This document shows positions 1 to 14,800 of a stretch of 64,000 nt of DNA, piece after piece (within the stretch, counting starts at the first letter, position 1; each line of letters opens with the position of its first letter). The stretch is from the NCBI GenBank assembly GCA_051362555.1, contig CM120640.1, positions 9,858,001 to 9,922,000 on the forward strand, read 5' to 3'. A program made the position numbers and the translations under genes. A model generated the notes under the pieces. It saw only the letters and a list, made by a program, of their open reading frames with translations. It was not told where the DNA came from and searched no databases. The DNA comes from Lingula anatina (lineage: Eukaryota > Animalia > Brachiopoda).

Positions 1-2140
1 GCAGTCATTTAATCTGATGGAATTCAAAATAAAAACATTCCTTTTTTTCAGCATCGCCAAAATCCCTTAAAATTTGCTACCTTACGGTTATCATCTTTTT
101 ACCAGGTAACCTCAAACCACTACATACAAACAAATACCAGGTAATTTTAGCTCAACTTGTGAATTTGTGTGGGGTTAATCTTGGGGCAGACTGAAAATGA
201 AGAGCAAATTATAGGACTTGGGATCCTGTTTTTTTCTTTTTTTGACATTGATCATTTTCAGGAAACCTTTGAGTGCAAATGCCAAAACGGTGGTGACTGC
301 TTAGTTCCATTTACAAAGAGAAGATGGTAGGTTTCAAGTCATTATCTCCACATCATTATCATGAAAGCTCAAATGTGCTGGGATGGTGTCCCTGGTAATG
401 AGCTTTTAAGGACAGTAATATCTTCCTGAATTTATTTTTCTTTAAACCTAATGCTTTTAAGGGGAACTTAAACATGTGACCACACACCTCAAGATAAGAG
501 TTGGGGACCTGTTCCAAAAAAGAACTTAAGTCCAGAAACTGGTCGAAACTTTTAACCAAAAATTCAAGCTACTTTGTCCCACGTTCGACAAATAAGTAGC
601 CTGACATTAAATGTTATACTGCATTCGTTTTAAAATAAGAAGGACATGGTATTGTTTCTGAGCACTTCCAACTTTATTTAAGAGGACTATAGCATAGATT
701 TTTATCTTGAACTGATGTAGTTCAGTTTTTCGAGAAAGTTAAGACCAATGTTCAGATTTTAGTTATTTTGTGAATAAGGTCCCAGGGGTGCCCCATATTG
801 GGAGGACATGTACTGAAGAGCATACAGATGGTTGTTGAATCACTCAAATTTCTAACCCTTTTTGTTTAGCAGGACACATGAATCTTTTGACTTAATAAAC
901 TTTTCAGATTTTGTTTTTTTAAGATCTCTTCCATTTTTCTAAATAAAAATGAGATTTTCATCACACTGTCACAGCTGTGTTGTAGGAAATCTGATGTAAT
1001 ATGAACAAGTGCTTTTCATAACACATTCCATCAACAGACATCTGAAGTATTCCGAGCATGTTTCAACTGAATTTTTTTGACGAGAAATGACTTCAACACT
1101 TGACAAAACTTGTATTTATTGTCACCTTCCTTAACACTCTCACAGCATATTTCTTGAGCAGACAGGAAATAAATAGTTTCGTTCATTTCTCTAAAAATTC
1201 CCTTAATTTCACCAAAGAACTTAAATGCACTGTTAGCTGTAAGTGACATAAATTTTCATGTGTACAAAACAAACTTGGAATTTTGCTTTTAATTTCACCA
1301 AGATGCACTTTTGATTAACATATCAAAACAACTAGATTAATGAGTCATCATGTGGTTCTCACCAGAAGTATTTCACCAGAAATATAGGTAAGAAACTGTT
1401 ACATCATCAAACAATATTGTTTTCAATAATGATAATTCATCATCCTAGACAGTGATAACAGGGCTCAAGCCTTGTAACTCAGTTGCTGAGAAACAAAAGA
1501 GCCACAAAAAGACAAAGGAACAATACTCAGGAACAAGCCTGGAGTTGTTGAGGTTGAAAGAGGAATGAGGGGGAGGGTATATCAGTGCTCAGTGGTAAGT
1601 ACTGTGGTCAAATGTGTGGTCAAACAGTGGTCAGTCTAACAGTTCATGCATTTAGATCAACCAGGTGCAATCCACTCTTGGTCACAGTGTACACCTTAAT
1701 GCTTCATTATCACATTATATTTGCAGAAACTAGATTCATCTGGAAAATTCCAAAATCAATTCAACCCTGACAGTCTTTGCACTGGTAGACCCTGTCCCAT
1801 CTAGAGATAAATGTGGGGTGATAAACACTGGGGAAACAAATCATCAGCAGTAGACAGACAAACCCAAACAAAACCACCATTTCCTTGTTTTCTACAGTGC
1901 AAAAAAGTTGTGCAAACCAAGAACACTGGTGTACCCCATAATTGATCAAAATTAACTTGTACCCACTATAGATTCTGATATCAACTTAGCCTTGTCTATT
2001 TTAATGAGGCATATAATGGGGGAGGTGCACTGATGTAATGTATCTCTCCTCTTATGCAATCTGTTCCTGTTGTAATTATGTGTATCATTACTACTGTAAT
2101 TGCAAGAACGTAAATCAAAAGTGCTATCATTATATCTTAC

Positions 2141-2267
2141 CTTGTTCTGGTAATAGCATTGGCATAGTAATACTTGTAGTAGAGATTTTTACGAATGTCT
2201 TTGCTGAAGTCATAAACCTTGCTCTTCCTCCATGTTCCAAAGGCAGCTGGAATGATGCGCCCGGTTT
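2141..2267 (-). CDS. SBSPON: SBSPON-like coding exon 3
   Basis: Acceptor ttttttag|AA, open frame in the expected phase, donor AG|gtaaga. Not in the ORF track. Confidence 0.8.
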
Positions 2268-5200
2268 CTAAAAAATTAAAGCAGAAGATAATAGTTATTT
2301 CTTTCAAATTTGAATATCCACTTTAAGGTGAATTTTCCCCTTAAGCATGTTTTTTTAAAATTGCAATTCACAATGAATTTCTTTTCTATTGTGTTATGAC
2401 TACAACAGTATTGCACTTGAAACAGTTCAAGAAGTGTCATGTTGTTTACACTAAACCATGGCATGGTTCATTACTTGAGATATGTGTAATAGTACACAAC
2501 ACAGACTTTCCATTGTTGAAGAAATATAAGTCCCTGCTGTTGTTTTGACTAAGAGCAAAGTTGTTTCTTCTCCAAGGAGAACAGATATCACATTGTCAAA
2601 CTGTGTTATACAGTGGCAGAAAAAGTGCCATTTTAACATATAATAGTTGTGAAAAGTACAGTTGTGATGTAAAACATAGCTCTGTGAGTGTGTTACATAT
2701 ATCATAATTGCAGTGAAAAGTTGTAAATAGGAAGCAACTGTGATACTTGTTTTCCTGACAGATGCAAATAGAACAGTTAATAATACCTCGAAATAAAGGA
2801 AATAAAGTATACAAAATTTATATGCTGTATCATATATAATAGTTGTAAAAAGTTTTGAGGAAGAAATATAGAAACTGTGCTATATTTTCCTTAAAAATGC
2901 ATTCATATTAATAAATACCATAAACCACAAAAAAATTGCACCAAGAGTTCCAAATAATAAGTTAACTGTAATTGAGAAATGTGTACTTGATACAAGACAA
3001 AAGTGTGAATGTTAAGAAATAATGACCAACAGAAATGTTATAAATGCACTGACAGCTGTACAATGGCAGTTCTCTAACATCAACCCAGTAGCCGCCTTAA
3101 TACTGAGAAATGAACTATATGAATGGGTCAGACCTGTCCACTGTAACGGCCACTAAGAGGTGACCAATGGAGTCAAAAAGTCACCCAAGGTAAAACTTTA
3201 TGTGAAAACGATATGTTTGGAAATAATCCCTGGAATTTTTCTTTGTTGAAATAGAGAGGGGGAAAAACCTTAATGAAGTAATAAAGAACATAGTCCAGAA
3301 ACAGAACAAAAACCCATGAAAGTGTTAAACATGTGAGCAGTAAAACTGGGAAATGACGAGCTGTCATCATGTGGGATTACTGTAACAACAAAATATTCAC
3401 TTTCAATGCAGCTTAATATACTTTTCAATTGTTCGAGCCTTATTTTTCTATCAAGTAAAAGGCATTTCTTATTTTATATGGAGCAAAACTTGTACTTGGT
3501 TCAGTGTTTCAGGATTATTGGAGTTTCTGCCAAGAGGGGTGGTGTGGCAACCAGATGTCACATGGAAAAGAACGGATGTGTTTTGCTAGTGTAGCTTACT
3601 CAGGTGCAGAAGCGTATTTAGACTATAGAAATTACTGGGGATTTTCACTGGCCTAATGTTGTTCCATCTTTTCTCCACTCACAACAATGCAGAGGATTTT
3701 CAGACCTACCTTTCTCAGTATTACTACTTTTGTTATCCAGCTTCATGGCTGAATATGTCCAGTTTGCACACTATTGCTATGAATATGTAATAAAAGATTA
3801 TTGACCCAATCCAGTCAGGGCTATAAGGCTATGATCTTTCCACCAAAAATGGATCATCAATACATGAATACAATCTGGTACGTGATCTATGGGTGAGAAA
3901 AGTAATTAGTGGCATTTTTCTTTCGTCAAAGTTTTGATAATACACCGGGAGCTGTTTGCATTCCCCTACCCCCTTCTGGTTATGTTTCTCTACAAGCAGA
4001 CTCATAATGTACCTTGTTTGTTATCACTGTCATCAACTAAAACCCTGTTTGAATTTCACAGGTATTCACTACTACAATTATAATATTGTACACAAGTATA
4101 CTTTCTGTACATGAACATTGACAATATTCTCCCTCTCTTAAAATATTATTCTTTTCCACCACATGTTACACAATTAAATAGCTGTATGTAATTTGTTTTG
4201 GAGGTCATGTGGACCAAAACTTGTTAGTCTAGTAACCTAACTGCTATTAACACTGCTTATAGAAGTGTGCCTAGAAAGCAGCCTTGTGCTATTCAATTTG
4301 GAAAATGGAAAAAGCAGAATAACAGTAGTCTTCATATACATTTTGTGGCAGCAATTTGCTGATCCTACCCCTTAGCGAAAAATACACTTAGGACTGAAAC
4401 TGTCTTATTTTGAGAGAGTAAATGCAAACTTAATTTTCTGTCACAATCAGAAGAACACATTTGGCTATTTCAGGGAATGCAATTATGTATTTCAAGTGCA
4501 AACATAGTTATAATAATCCTAATTATCCAACTAAGGACAAATGAAATGTGCAGGATATGTGTATATGATTTTTATCAGTATCCCCATCAGATCTAATGCT
4601 CAATTTTAGTAACAATGCAGCTTTCCATACTCTCCTTACTCATTAGGGACAATGAAACCACTTGGGTTGTGAGAAATGGCATAATTCACTGGGCAGTGAG
4701 TGCACATGGGACTACTGTACCCCAACTATCAGTGAGGAGAGGCCTGATTGCATGAGAATATGTCGTAACAGGGAAGACCATGACAATATGTCATAGATAG
4801 CAGGAGGAAAGTCCTTATTTCCTTCCTTGCTCATCTCCATAAAACACTTCCCATTTTATCACAATGAAGTCATAACCAGATAACTATCAAATAATGACCT
4901 CAGATAGCAAAACAATTAAAGAGATGAGTACACCATAAGATTCTTCATCTCAGTTCCCCTCCCCGACCCTCCCCCTTCCTTGTCCCCCCCCCCCCCCCCC
5001 AAAGACCTCCCATGAAACAGAAGTCATGATAAATGAGGGAACTTGATGACAATATCACAATAGCCTGACCATGCATAATGCTATCAGGATAACATGCCCA
5101 TCTTTCCCTTGGCATTAGAGATAGGAGAAAAGTTACAGTAAGTGCATTCAATATTATTAAACTTCCCAAAGATCCACCACAGCCTGACAGGATGTCTAGT

Positions 5201-8200
5201 TGTCTTAATTTGCCAGGGTCAGCAGGTCTTTGTCAGGTGATTTCAACTTGCATCATGGGTTTAATTAATTGGTTTAGGATTCTCAGCACCTGGCCTCTCA
5301 TTTAATTACTTTTGGGATCAGAAATGCGACAACCCATTACAAAGTCATAATCAGATTATCTGTAGATAGACAGTGGAATATAAATGGACAAATTAAATGC
5401 CCATTTGTTTTATGTGTTGGTCATATTGCTTATCCAAGCGACATTAAACTGAGATGTCTTCATCAAACAAGTCAATACAATATGATTCATTGCAGAGGTG
5501 AAATTTGCTATTTTTAAGGACAAACTACTTTACAGCAGACTTTATACAGAGAAGTTACCAGACACTTTTTTACACAGTAATGCAACTAATCTGAGAGTTT
5601 AGGATTACTGTCTGTGCACACGACCTTTTCTATCTATAGAAAAATAAAGAAAAAACACATTTAAGCTCCCATGCAATCGTCACTGAGCTAAGATTACTGA
5701 TATCTATTGTCACAGGATATAATGACCTAGCAATTATTTAAGCTAAGGTCTCCAAAGGAAGGCTTTAAGTGAGATCTACCTTAATTCTAAGTTTAAGATG
5801 GGAGACATTTCATCCCCAAGTGTCTGTGAAATTTGTCCAAATTTCTGAAAGAAAGGGTGAAGTTAATGAAAGGAGTTTAACTTGCTAACCTCAATTCACC
5901 TTAGTTAGGGGGGTGTAACTTCATACAGCCCAATATAAGGGAAGCAGGAGGGTCTCCGGGAGAGAGGACGGTGTATTTACTGTTGTATTCCTAATTTGCA
6001 GGAAAATAGATTGGGGAATTGAAAATTACCTGAGGAAGAGGAAATTTGAAGAGTAACATTACACCCTTGTCTGTAAGCTCAAATTGCTTCTTGTATTTAT
6101 GCCCACTCTCACCAGCAAATTCTTGATAAAGGGTAATTTAAGATATAATAGTCTTACTGATATAGAGTAGCCTAGGGCCTTTCTTACACTAAAATGCTTC
6201 TCTGTTACACACATCTGCCCCATTACAACTCAACCATGTTAGGATACTTCCAAAATTTGTGAACATCCACCCAAAAACATGCTAAGGTTGTCAGTGTCTT
6301 GACTCTTATAGAGATAATTCAATACTTTAAGAAGACACGTTTGAGTAGTTCTACAAAAAAGGGAAAAACATGAGTGTTTACAAGCTTATCATCAGTAAGA
6401 TAAGAAAATAAGGAGGTCAACCTGACTCAGATGCCACCAAGAGCAAGTGCTAAATTTTACCCATTTCTCTTTCTGAAAGGTGTCCTTAAGACCAGAACAT
6501 CCAGACACCAAAAATATTTTCGGAAAATGGGAACACCAAAAATACATCAAGACATGATAAGGATGAGAAAGTTTGTACGTATCAAAGATAAAAGTACCAT
6601 GGCAAATTTTGTTTGTCTGAGAAGCAAATTAAGTTTCACATAAAAGGATGTTTAAGTCATGAAATCAAAAAACCAATCAAAGGCCAAAACTGCCTCTTAG
6701 AGAAACTTATCCATACTTTCCAGTAAGGCTTTTCAATTTTAGTAATAAGGACATGCTATTTTACAAAAATACATTCAAGGTGCAATGTTAAGTTTAGTTT
6801 AGGTTCCCTGTCTGAACTTTACAACTATGTACATCATTCTCAATAAATCACTCTTTCACTAAAAACTTTTTAAAATGTACACCTCACACCTGCTTTAATG
6901 CAAAATCAATCTTCAGCATTAAATTGGCTGTAACTTTTACTTAAAAGTAATTTTTTATCAACAATTAGTAAACTCAAAGAGACCTTCCATTACTGCAAAA
7001 TATGAAATAGTTTACAGAAACTTGCATGTCTTTCACCATTTAAAACAATCAGTTTCAATTGTCACAAAGAAACTGAAGAAACTGTATGCACTTGCTGGCT
7101 TTTTCTCCAGAACTCTGAAGTATTTGACTCAATCATCAGTAATGGTGAACTTTATCCATACAAGCCCAGATGGTTCTAACCACACTGATGGTACAGTAGA
7201 GATGCTTCCATTCTTTGTAAAGGTGACTTTCTGATCACTTTGAAAGGGTGCATTTACTCTTGATGCCCTAAACAGTTTTTTAAGAAAATGAGTGTGTGTG
7301 CATGCCTGTGTGTGTGTGTGTGTGGGGGGGGGGGGGGTTAAGGACATTTCTTTGGTTGCATTTAATCAAGAAGATATTTATTTATTTGATTAATATACAT
7401 TAAACTGTGCAGCTTGTTTCGAACTGATACAAATGGCTCCATGTAAATGATACTTTACGCAAACTGTTCCATCTGGTATGGTTATTTTCTATCTTCATTT
7501 CAACTTTCTTGGACTTTACTTTGGCATTCTTATACAAAACCACCTGTGGGCCCAGACTGCTGCTGTAATGGTGTCTACCAAAGTGCAATTTTCTGTAATT
7601 TGTGTCAGACTTCCAAGTAGAATAAATGAGAGTATGTCTCTTCTCTGCTGAGGGAGTTACATAGGCTGTCCTAGGATACCAGGTTCCCTTTGTGTAATAT
7701 TACAGATGGGTGTCTCTTCTCAAAGTGTGTTTCATTAAGGGAAAATCAATTAGTAAAAAGATATCTTGTGAGGATGAGAGAAAGAGGGAAAGGACCCAGC
7801 ATAATGGTCTCCAATAACACGGGAGAGTTTGATCTTTTTGCCAAATTACAGCTACATCTTGCATTAGACCCAATTTATCACTTTTGTTTCATTTTGTCTG
7901 AAGACATTCATGTCTTTGATCCAGTTGGGGACAGCAACATGACACTGTTAAGACAAAGGACATACAATACATTATGTCAGACTTTGGTGACGAGGGAAGT
8001 TGAATAATCTCCCCATTGCCTGTCTCCCAGCAATTTTCATTCATAATGGTCAAGTCTGAACTACTGACTGTCAGACAGTAATTCATTTTACAATCGTCAA
8101 AATGTAAATCCGCCCATTTGCTAAAGAGGTGACTGCAATTAAAGGAGAGACATAAAATATCCCCTCATCTTTCATGTGAGGGATTGCATGGGCATACCTG

Positions 8201-11200
8201 TGACTGGGGGTCTGCAGATAATAATTTGTACCACTTTTCAAAGAAAACTACTTTAGCACAACAATGTATTACCACTAACCACCAGCAAACAAATCAAATT
8301 ATTGTGAGAGAATATTCAATATCTCCAGTTAAACACAACTGTCAATTCAGTCTGACATAGTTTGGTTAATACAAGCCAGCTACTTGAAAACCAAGGATTA
8401 TCAGAACAGCACTGTATGCAATTGCACAGGAAATATTTTGGATCATTCAGGAAAGCATTTCCCAGCTGACTCATAAACCCCTCTTGATATACTTCCAGCT
8501 TATCTTTAGACATTCAATTATTTGACTGAAAAGACCAGAGTGCCAAGACAAGAAATCTAACTTACACCTAGACCAACTGACAGAAAATGAATTAAAAAAG
8601 TAAAGTCTATCCTAACTGTGGAATTCAGTAGAATGAGCTCAATCAGATTTATGTGACTTTTACAGCTTCACTGCAAGCAAAATCCATTACAGGAGTCCCA
8701 CCTTTTAAAACCTACTCTGATTTATGTTTTTTTAATAACACAACACCACATTTTTTCAATGGGTGCAATGCTGCACTGAACTTTCCTCTTTTCTAATTAT
8801 TAAAGCACAAAAAGTATTTATTAAAATATGCTGTAATAGTTTAAAAAACATTAAAAATAAATCTTTATTTTAGGTGCAAATCATTTAATGTAAAAAAATG
8901 CATCTTAGCTCATCATACAAAATGACAGAATGCATCTTAGCTCAATTAAAAAGCAGCAAGTTAAACAACCTTGAATTTAAAAAAAGTTTTGTTTTGATTC
9001 AAAATTTAATTTCCGCTCACCTAAAATAGACAAATCACTGATAGCAATACAACTGAAATACAGTTTAGGGCAAGAAAGATTTAAAACAGAGGAAAATGCT
9101 ACATGTATGTCTGGGCTCAGTATACTACTGCCAAAGTTAAACCACAATTTCCTATTGCTGCTAGTTTAACAAATCAATCCTGAAACCTCAACTTCCTATA
9201 ACTGTGGTGCCAAATTCCTGGGGGCCGATATGACCTTTACATGTACCACTTGTCTTGTGGTATTAGTGAAAGAAGATGTTCATTGTATTTTACTTAATCA
9301 AAAGCAGGGTAACTAACAAGGGACTACTATAAAAGGTTGTACTTTATTTGATATCATCTCCTTCTTTCAGTAAATCATAAATATAATTTCCGTGCCTTTG
9401 TTTAACTTTAAGTTTTTTTCCTAACTTTTAAGGTGTACTTTCTCCATAATTTTTCTTCTTTGTTTTACTAAAGTTTTCAGTAACATGAATTCCAGCAACA
9501 GTAGAAATACAAGCAGCAAGCAACATAATGGACTTCCACTCACTGGTATTGCCCTTTTCATTCTAGCAAAAATGCAGTTTTCTTTTAACTTTTTTATTAC
9601 TGTGTAAAAATAAAAAAGTATACAGTGGAGTCACATACTAATGTTAGTCTTTCCTGACTTTTTTGCAACACATTTCTGAAGAAAAAATACCTTGGCAAAG
9701 CCTAAAATACACAAACGTGTTCAGCAACAATAGAAAACAGGAACCCACTGTTAGCCAAAGCTCTTTTTTTCATCTGGTGTCAGAAAGAACTGTCAAAGTC
9801 ATGAAAGCTTCCAATCTTCATAGTTCAACAATCATGTCACTTTAATCATTAAGTCAGTGTATGTAAATACAACTAAAGTATGCATATTTGGATTAAGTAG
9901 TCTTACTTATCAAACTGACCTCTTCAAAATGTCTTTCAGTCCTACTTCATCTTTTTTTTTTTTTTTTGGGGGGGGGGGGTGGTTGAACAAGTGGTACTGT
10001 GTAACTACAGTGTAGCTCAGGAAAGGGGGTCTGTATATGGTTTGGCATGTGTTTACTTATAAGAATTGTGTGCCTCTATGTACATACAACTATGCAAAAG
10101 TGCAGTTTGTAAGATAAAAAGTCTACAATGAAATAAGATTATGTAATGCAGCCATGCCCTTTAATGCACAGAAGCATATCCATTGGCTTATCTCATGGGT
10201 TCAGTAATGGCTTTCTTGAAGTAAAGCCAATGTGTATGAAAGATGGCATCTAATTAGGTAACAATTTCACACTGAAATTACAAAGATACACAAGCTCCCA
10301 GTTTATTTCTCTTCCAGGGTTCTAGATCTATGCCAGGTGATGGTGAAGTGGATGTGAAAACAGACCAAGGCACACTACTTCCAGTGTCATGCAAACAGAA
10401 GCTTATTCCTTATATACCCCCTATTCTCAAATGAAATGGACTGTGCTGTATATAATACAATATAATATGCTGTGGTTGTCCAAAGTCACCAGACAGGTTA
10501 TGGGATAGGAGACTATAACTTCAGGGATAACTAAAATAAATCAAAACAAGATGATAGTGCTTAAAAAACAATGCAAAAGTCACTGCAGGATTGGGTACAA
10601 TAAATGACCTTTTACTACATTAGCAAGTACAATTCACTGTGTTATAGGATCTTACTTATGTTTGTGAACATCTTAACATAAACCCCGTTGCTCCACCCTT
10701 TGAAAACTTTGGACATAAAGTTACAAGAACAGTGAGAAAGATGCACCACACTTTAGACTGTAAACAAAGTGAAAACTGGCGAGAAAAGTGAAAAAGATGC
10801 ATCAGATCAAGGATAACAGAAAAATGTGAGAGAAAATGCATCGACGTTTAAATATATATATATATATATATGTATATACATTACATATAGTATGTGTGAA
10901 TATATGTATACGTATATATAAATAATTTGATATTGACAAGGCAAGCTGACAGCAAGACCTCAAGACCAAGCCAGCTGATAGACACTGTGCTGTGCCTTAC
11001 CCTCTTCTATCTTTTCTAACTTCTCAAGTTCTGGATGCACTGCAACTATAACAGAAACTTTCATTTGAAGACCAGACACAATGGTAAAGAAATATAAATT
11101 CTTCGCCAGTCAGAAGTAGTAAGCTGATAGTAATTTTGATGCTGTGTACTGAAGATCTGAGGTTGTCAGATGTAATGTGCCTGCATTTGTGCAAAATATA

Positions 11201-11782
11201 TAGTATAAAATTAAACCAAGATAATCACAAAGAAATAGGGTTAGAAATCCATTCATTTCCTAAAATGACAGCATCCAGCAAGCTACTACATAATATCAAC
11301 TCTTAAAATTTTACAAATATGTACAAGTAGCCTGCTGAACAAGACATAGCCATCTGGCTGGGGAGGATTTCTAATCCTGACAAAAGAAGGAAAAAAAGCA
11401 AAAAGAGGAGAAACCAACACATTTTCACTAGTCTATATGATACATCAGACCCATGAGGGACAAAACTTACCTCTTGCTTCTTGTTTCCTGAAGTCACGTG
11501 TGTGTTTGCACTTGTTACCAAAGCAGACCCTTTCTTGTTTCAGTGGTGGGCACAGTTTTCCGCCATTTCTTGGAGGTTTTGTGATGTTTCTGTATCGTTC
11601 TTGTACACCAGAATCACAGAGACGAGAGCACTGGCCCCAACCAGCCCACTTTGAGACCACACAGTCCACAGCTACAAATACAAGAACAATTTTACTTACT
11701 TGCATAATCAAAAAATTTGAAACTAAAAAATCTTTCATCAAATCAGTGAATAAAATCAAATGCAATCACACTTCTCACATGC

Positions 11783-11813
<31 letters not shown>

Positions 11814-14800
11814 AATATTTTTTCTTCAAAAACACACCCACAAATATTATATTTCCGAAAACAAAGTTTGCTTTTAATCTGAAAATATCTCAAAATGGCT
11901 TCCTAATTTGGTTTGAAGTCTCTTAATGCCAACATCTGGCCAGAAACGTAGATAGTGTGTTATCTCTAGAGGGTTCCTCCCCAAAGCTCCCACTATCAAT
12001 ACAAAGGTGTCCATTTCAAAGATGATGGACCAGGCTCAGAAAACTAATTATACCCCACCTGTCTGCAGGCCAGCACAATAGCTGTTGAGGAAACAGGTAC
12101 GTCAACCGATAGCATCTATTAAGAGAGCTTAAGGGTCATCAGGTAAAAGTGACCAGTGCCTGACTTATACACACATACTAGACACTGGCAGAAAAGAACT
12201 TACTTTGGGTTGTCTACATGCCATCATTTCACATATCAAAAAGTTCCTCATCAAGAAATAGTCACCATTGCCAGACTTACAGACAATCATATACTGAAAG
12301 GCTACAGAAAAGCACCAGAGAAAGAATTTCTAGGCAACTTTATTTAGATGTCTACATGCCATACCTTTAGCAACTTTTTTATTTTTATCTGCTTTCACCC
12401 TTTAAACTCTGTTCATTTCTAGAATTTGCTTACCACCTAAAATATTCTGATTTACGATATACCAAACAACTATGATAGCTCAATTTCAATAATTTATAAA
12501 TTGGGCAAAAGCTGACTACAAAAGCCATATGTCCAACAACATATCAGAGAAGAAAAATCAAAACTGACCACAGGAGGTTTTTATCCTTTTTCATCAAACA
12601 GAAAGCAAGTTGAAGGAGATTTTATTTCAGATAATGAGCACACCCTATGGGCCAGCATGGTGTACATTTAACTGTACAGGTGTAAAAATAAAAACAAATC
12701 AAGCTTTCACTAAATCTGGCCTCAACTCCCTTCCCATAGGCAATTATTACACTTACTGTTGATTGTAAAGCAAGAAAGTTATGCAACTGTTTTGAGATGG
12801 CATAGGGGCACAGGGCAGAGTGTTTGCAAACCCCTCACTCTCAAAATACTCTACCTAAAAGATAACATTTTATAAGTAATTGTAGACAGAACTTGCAGCC
12901 ATTTGGTAAGTATGCACTAGTTGAAAACCCCTTGTTATCCCAGGTTATTGTTTCAGTGGATTCTCACAGAGGACACTACTAAGAAGTAGGAGGGGTAGGG
13001 GGCTATTTTCCTACACATACCAACTTAAATTAATTTGGTCGATAAATAGTCTAAGTTTATTCTGGTCAGGCTTTCTTCCATCCTTGGCATTCTTCCTAGT
13101 TGGCCAGACAGCACTTTTTCTGCATTTAAGTCTCATATTCACACAAATCTCAATTGAACATTTATCATAAATTGGCATTGGCATGAATTAAACTAATGCA
13201 ATTAATCCACAGAATTCAATACATGTACATGTTTCCAAATTTATCATATGAACCAAACCATGAACAGTAGAAATAGGCACAGATTTTTATCTTACTGTCT
13301 CATTCTGAATCCCCAGCAGTGTTAGAAATCAAATAAGGAAAACATAATTAAAGGTACAAGAAAAGATTTGATCAGGCTGTGCAGAGAGAGAATAATGGGA
13401 TTCACAGCAGGTGTTTACAACTGGGAGGGGGTAAGAATGATGAAGAGGAGGAGCTTTCGTGATTGTGATGTAATTCCCACTGCAATTGGCAAAATGTGGA
13501 TTTTAAGTCCAGTGAACCCCAGGCTACAAGTTACAACACCTGCAGGCTACCACCCAAGAGGATCAATTAAAAAAATTGTATTGACTTCTGGTAAATCCTT
13601 TCTCCATCTGTTTGATTGGATAACCTATGGAGAAATAATCACTAGTACTACTGAGGGGTTCCAGAGATGGGCGAACCAGATGCTCGACTCAAACTGAACA
13701 CTGTCTTCAGTGTCCTGACCAGTGTGAACATTTGTGTACCTGCCCAAAACTGAATGAATCAAGTTATGCTTAAGGGTATAGCATTGGCACTTAATCAGTT
13801 ACAATATTAACTACACTGGCTGGTCTGTAAAATCCCCATTACCAACCTAATACTGTCTTTTACCCCGTTCACACTACGCTCAGTTATCCGGATAAATTGC
13901 GAATTAGGTCACAATTCGAATAAATGCAGTAGTGTGAACGCAAGAGGATTTTTGTAATGCGCATTTTCAAAATCCTGCAAGCGAGGTGGATTTCTAAGCG
14001 CGATCCGGATAACTTACCGGAATCGACACCTGTACAGATCTAACTGCACATGCGTGCAGATAAGCGCGGGTATCTATGAACGCTTGTTTATTACTTTAGC
14101 GATTGCACCAAACGTATTTGGAGGTCGCCACTCACTACAACATGAGGAAACAAACTTATTTTGCCATCTTATACTTCTCAAGAATGCTGGAATGTCTTTA
14201 GAGTTGCATTTGTCGTCACAAATTGTTGTTGGTATTTTAAGATTTTCTGTGCGGCGCATGCGCGAGTGTTCAAAACAGGAAGTTAAACCTGAAATTTTCA
14301 ACGTGGGATTCGGATTCGCTTAGCGTGTGTGAACGCAATACCGAATCGGATTCCTAACGAAAAATTCGGATTATAGAAATGCACATTTTTGCAACTGTAG
14401 TGTGAATGGGGTATTTATCAAAGTAAAATGTGCATCTAACCCAGCTTGATATCCAGCATAACACTTTTATAGTTAGTCTAAACCTGCCTCTGGCCCCCTG
14501 TCTGGTGAGATTGCTTCCTACACAAAGCCTGTCTGTTCAACTGCTGACCACCTTTCACATCTAATTTTAAAGGTTAAAGCCATGGCTAAATATAAAAGAA
14601 ATTCTGACAAGAGAAATCTTCTAATCAGATCAAGTGGATATCTTTATTTGAACTGGCTAAGTTCCACCAAACAGTAAACCAGCTTTCTCAAATACAGATC
14701 TTCTTTCAAATAATCTGATTAGTTACAGACTGGCCATAGAGCACACTTAAGGAAAAAAAAAACTATACAAAGTAAGCTAAAATGAGCCCTATAATTTAAC

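Noticed and set aside
1761-1949. Cys-containing minus-strand ORF as the missing last SBSPON exon
   Set aside because: No suitable phase-2 acceptor and no YC...CV.CQ..A pattern expected of the SBSPON C-terminal domain
11035-11055. Partial resemblance to miR-33 on the minus strand
   Set aside because: Seed region does not match and there is no evident precursor hairpin
11437-11877. 146-aa plus-strand ORF with poly-K
   Set aside because: Antisense shadow of the SBSPON TSP1 exon running into a poly-A tract
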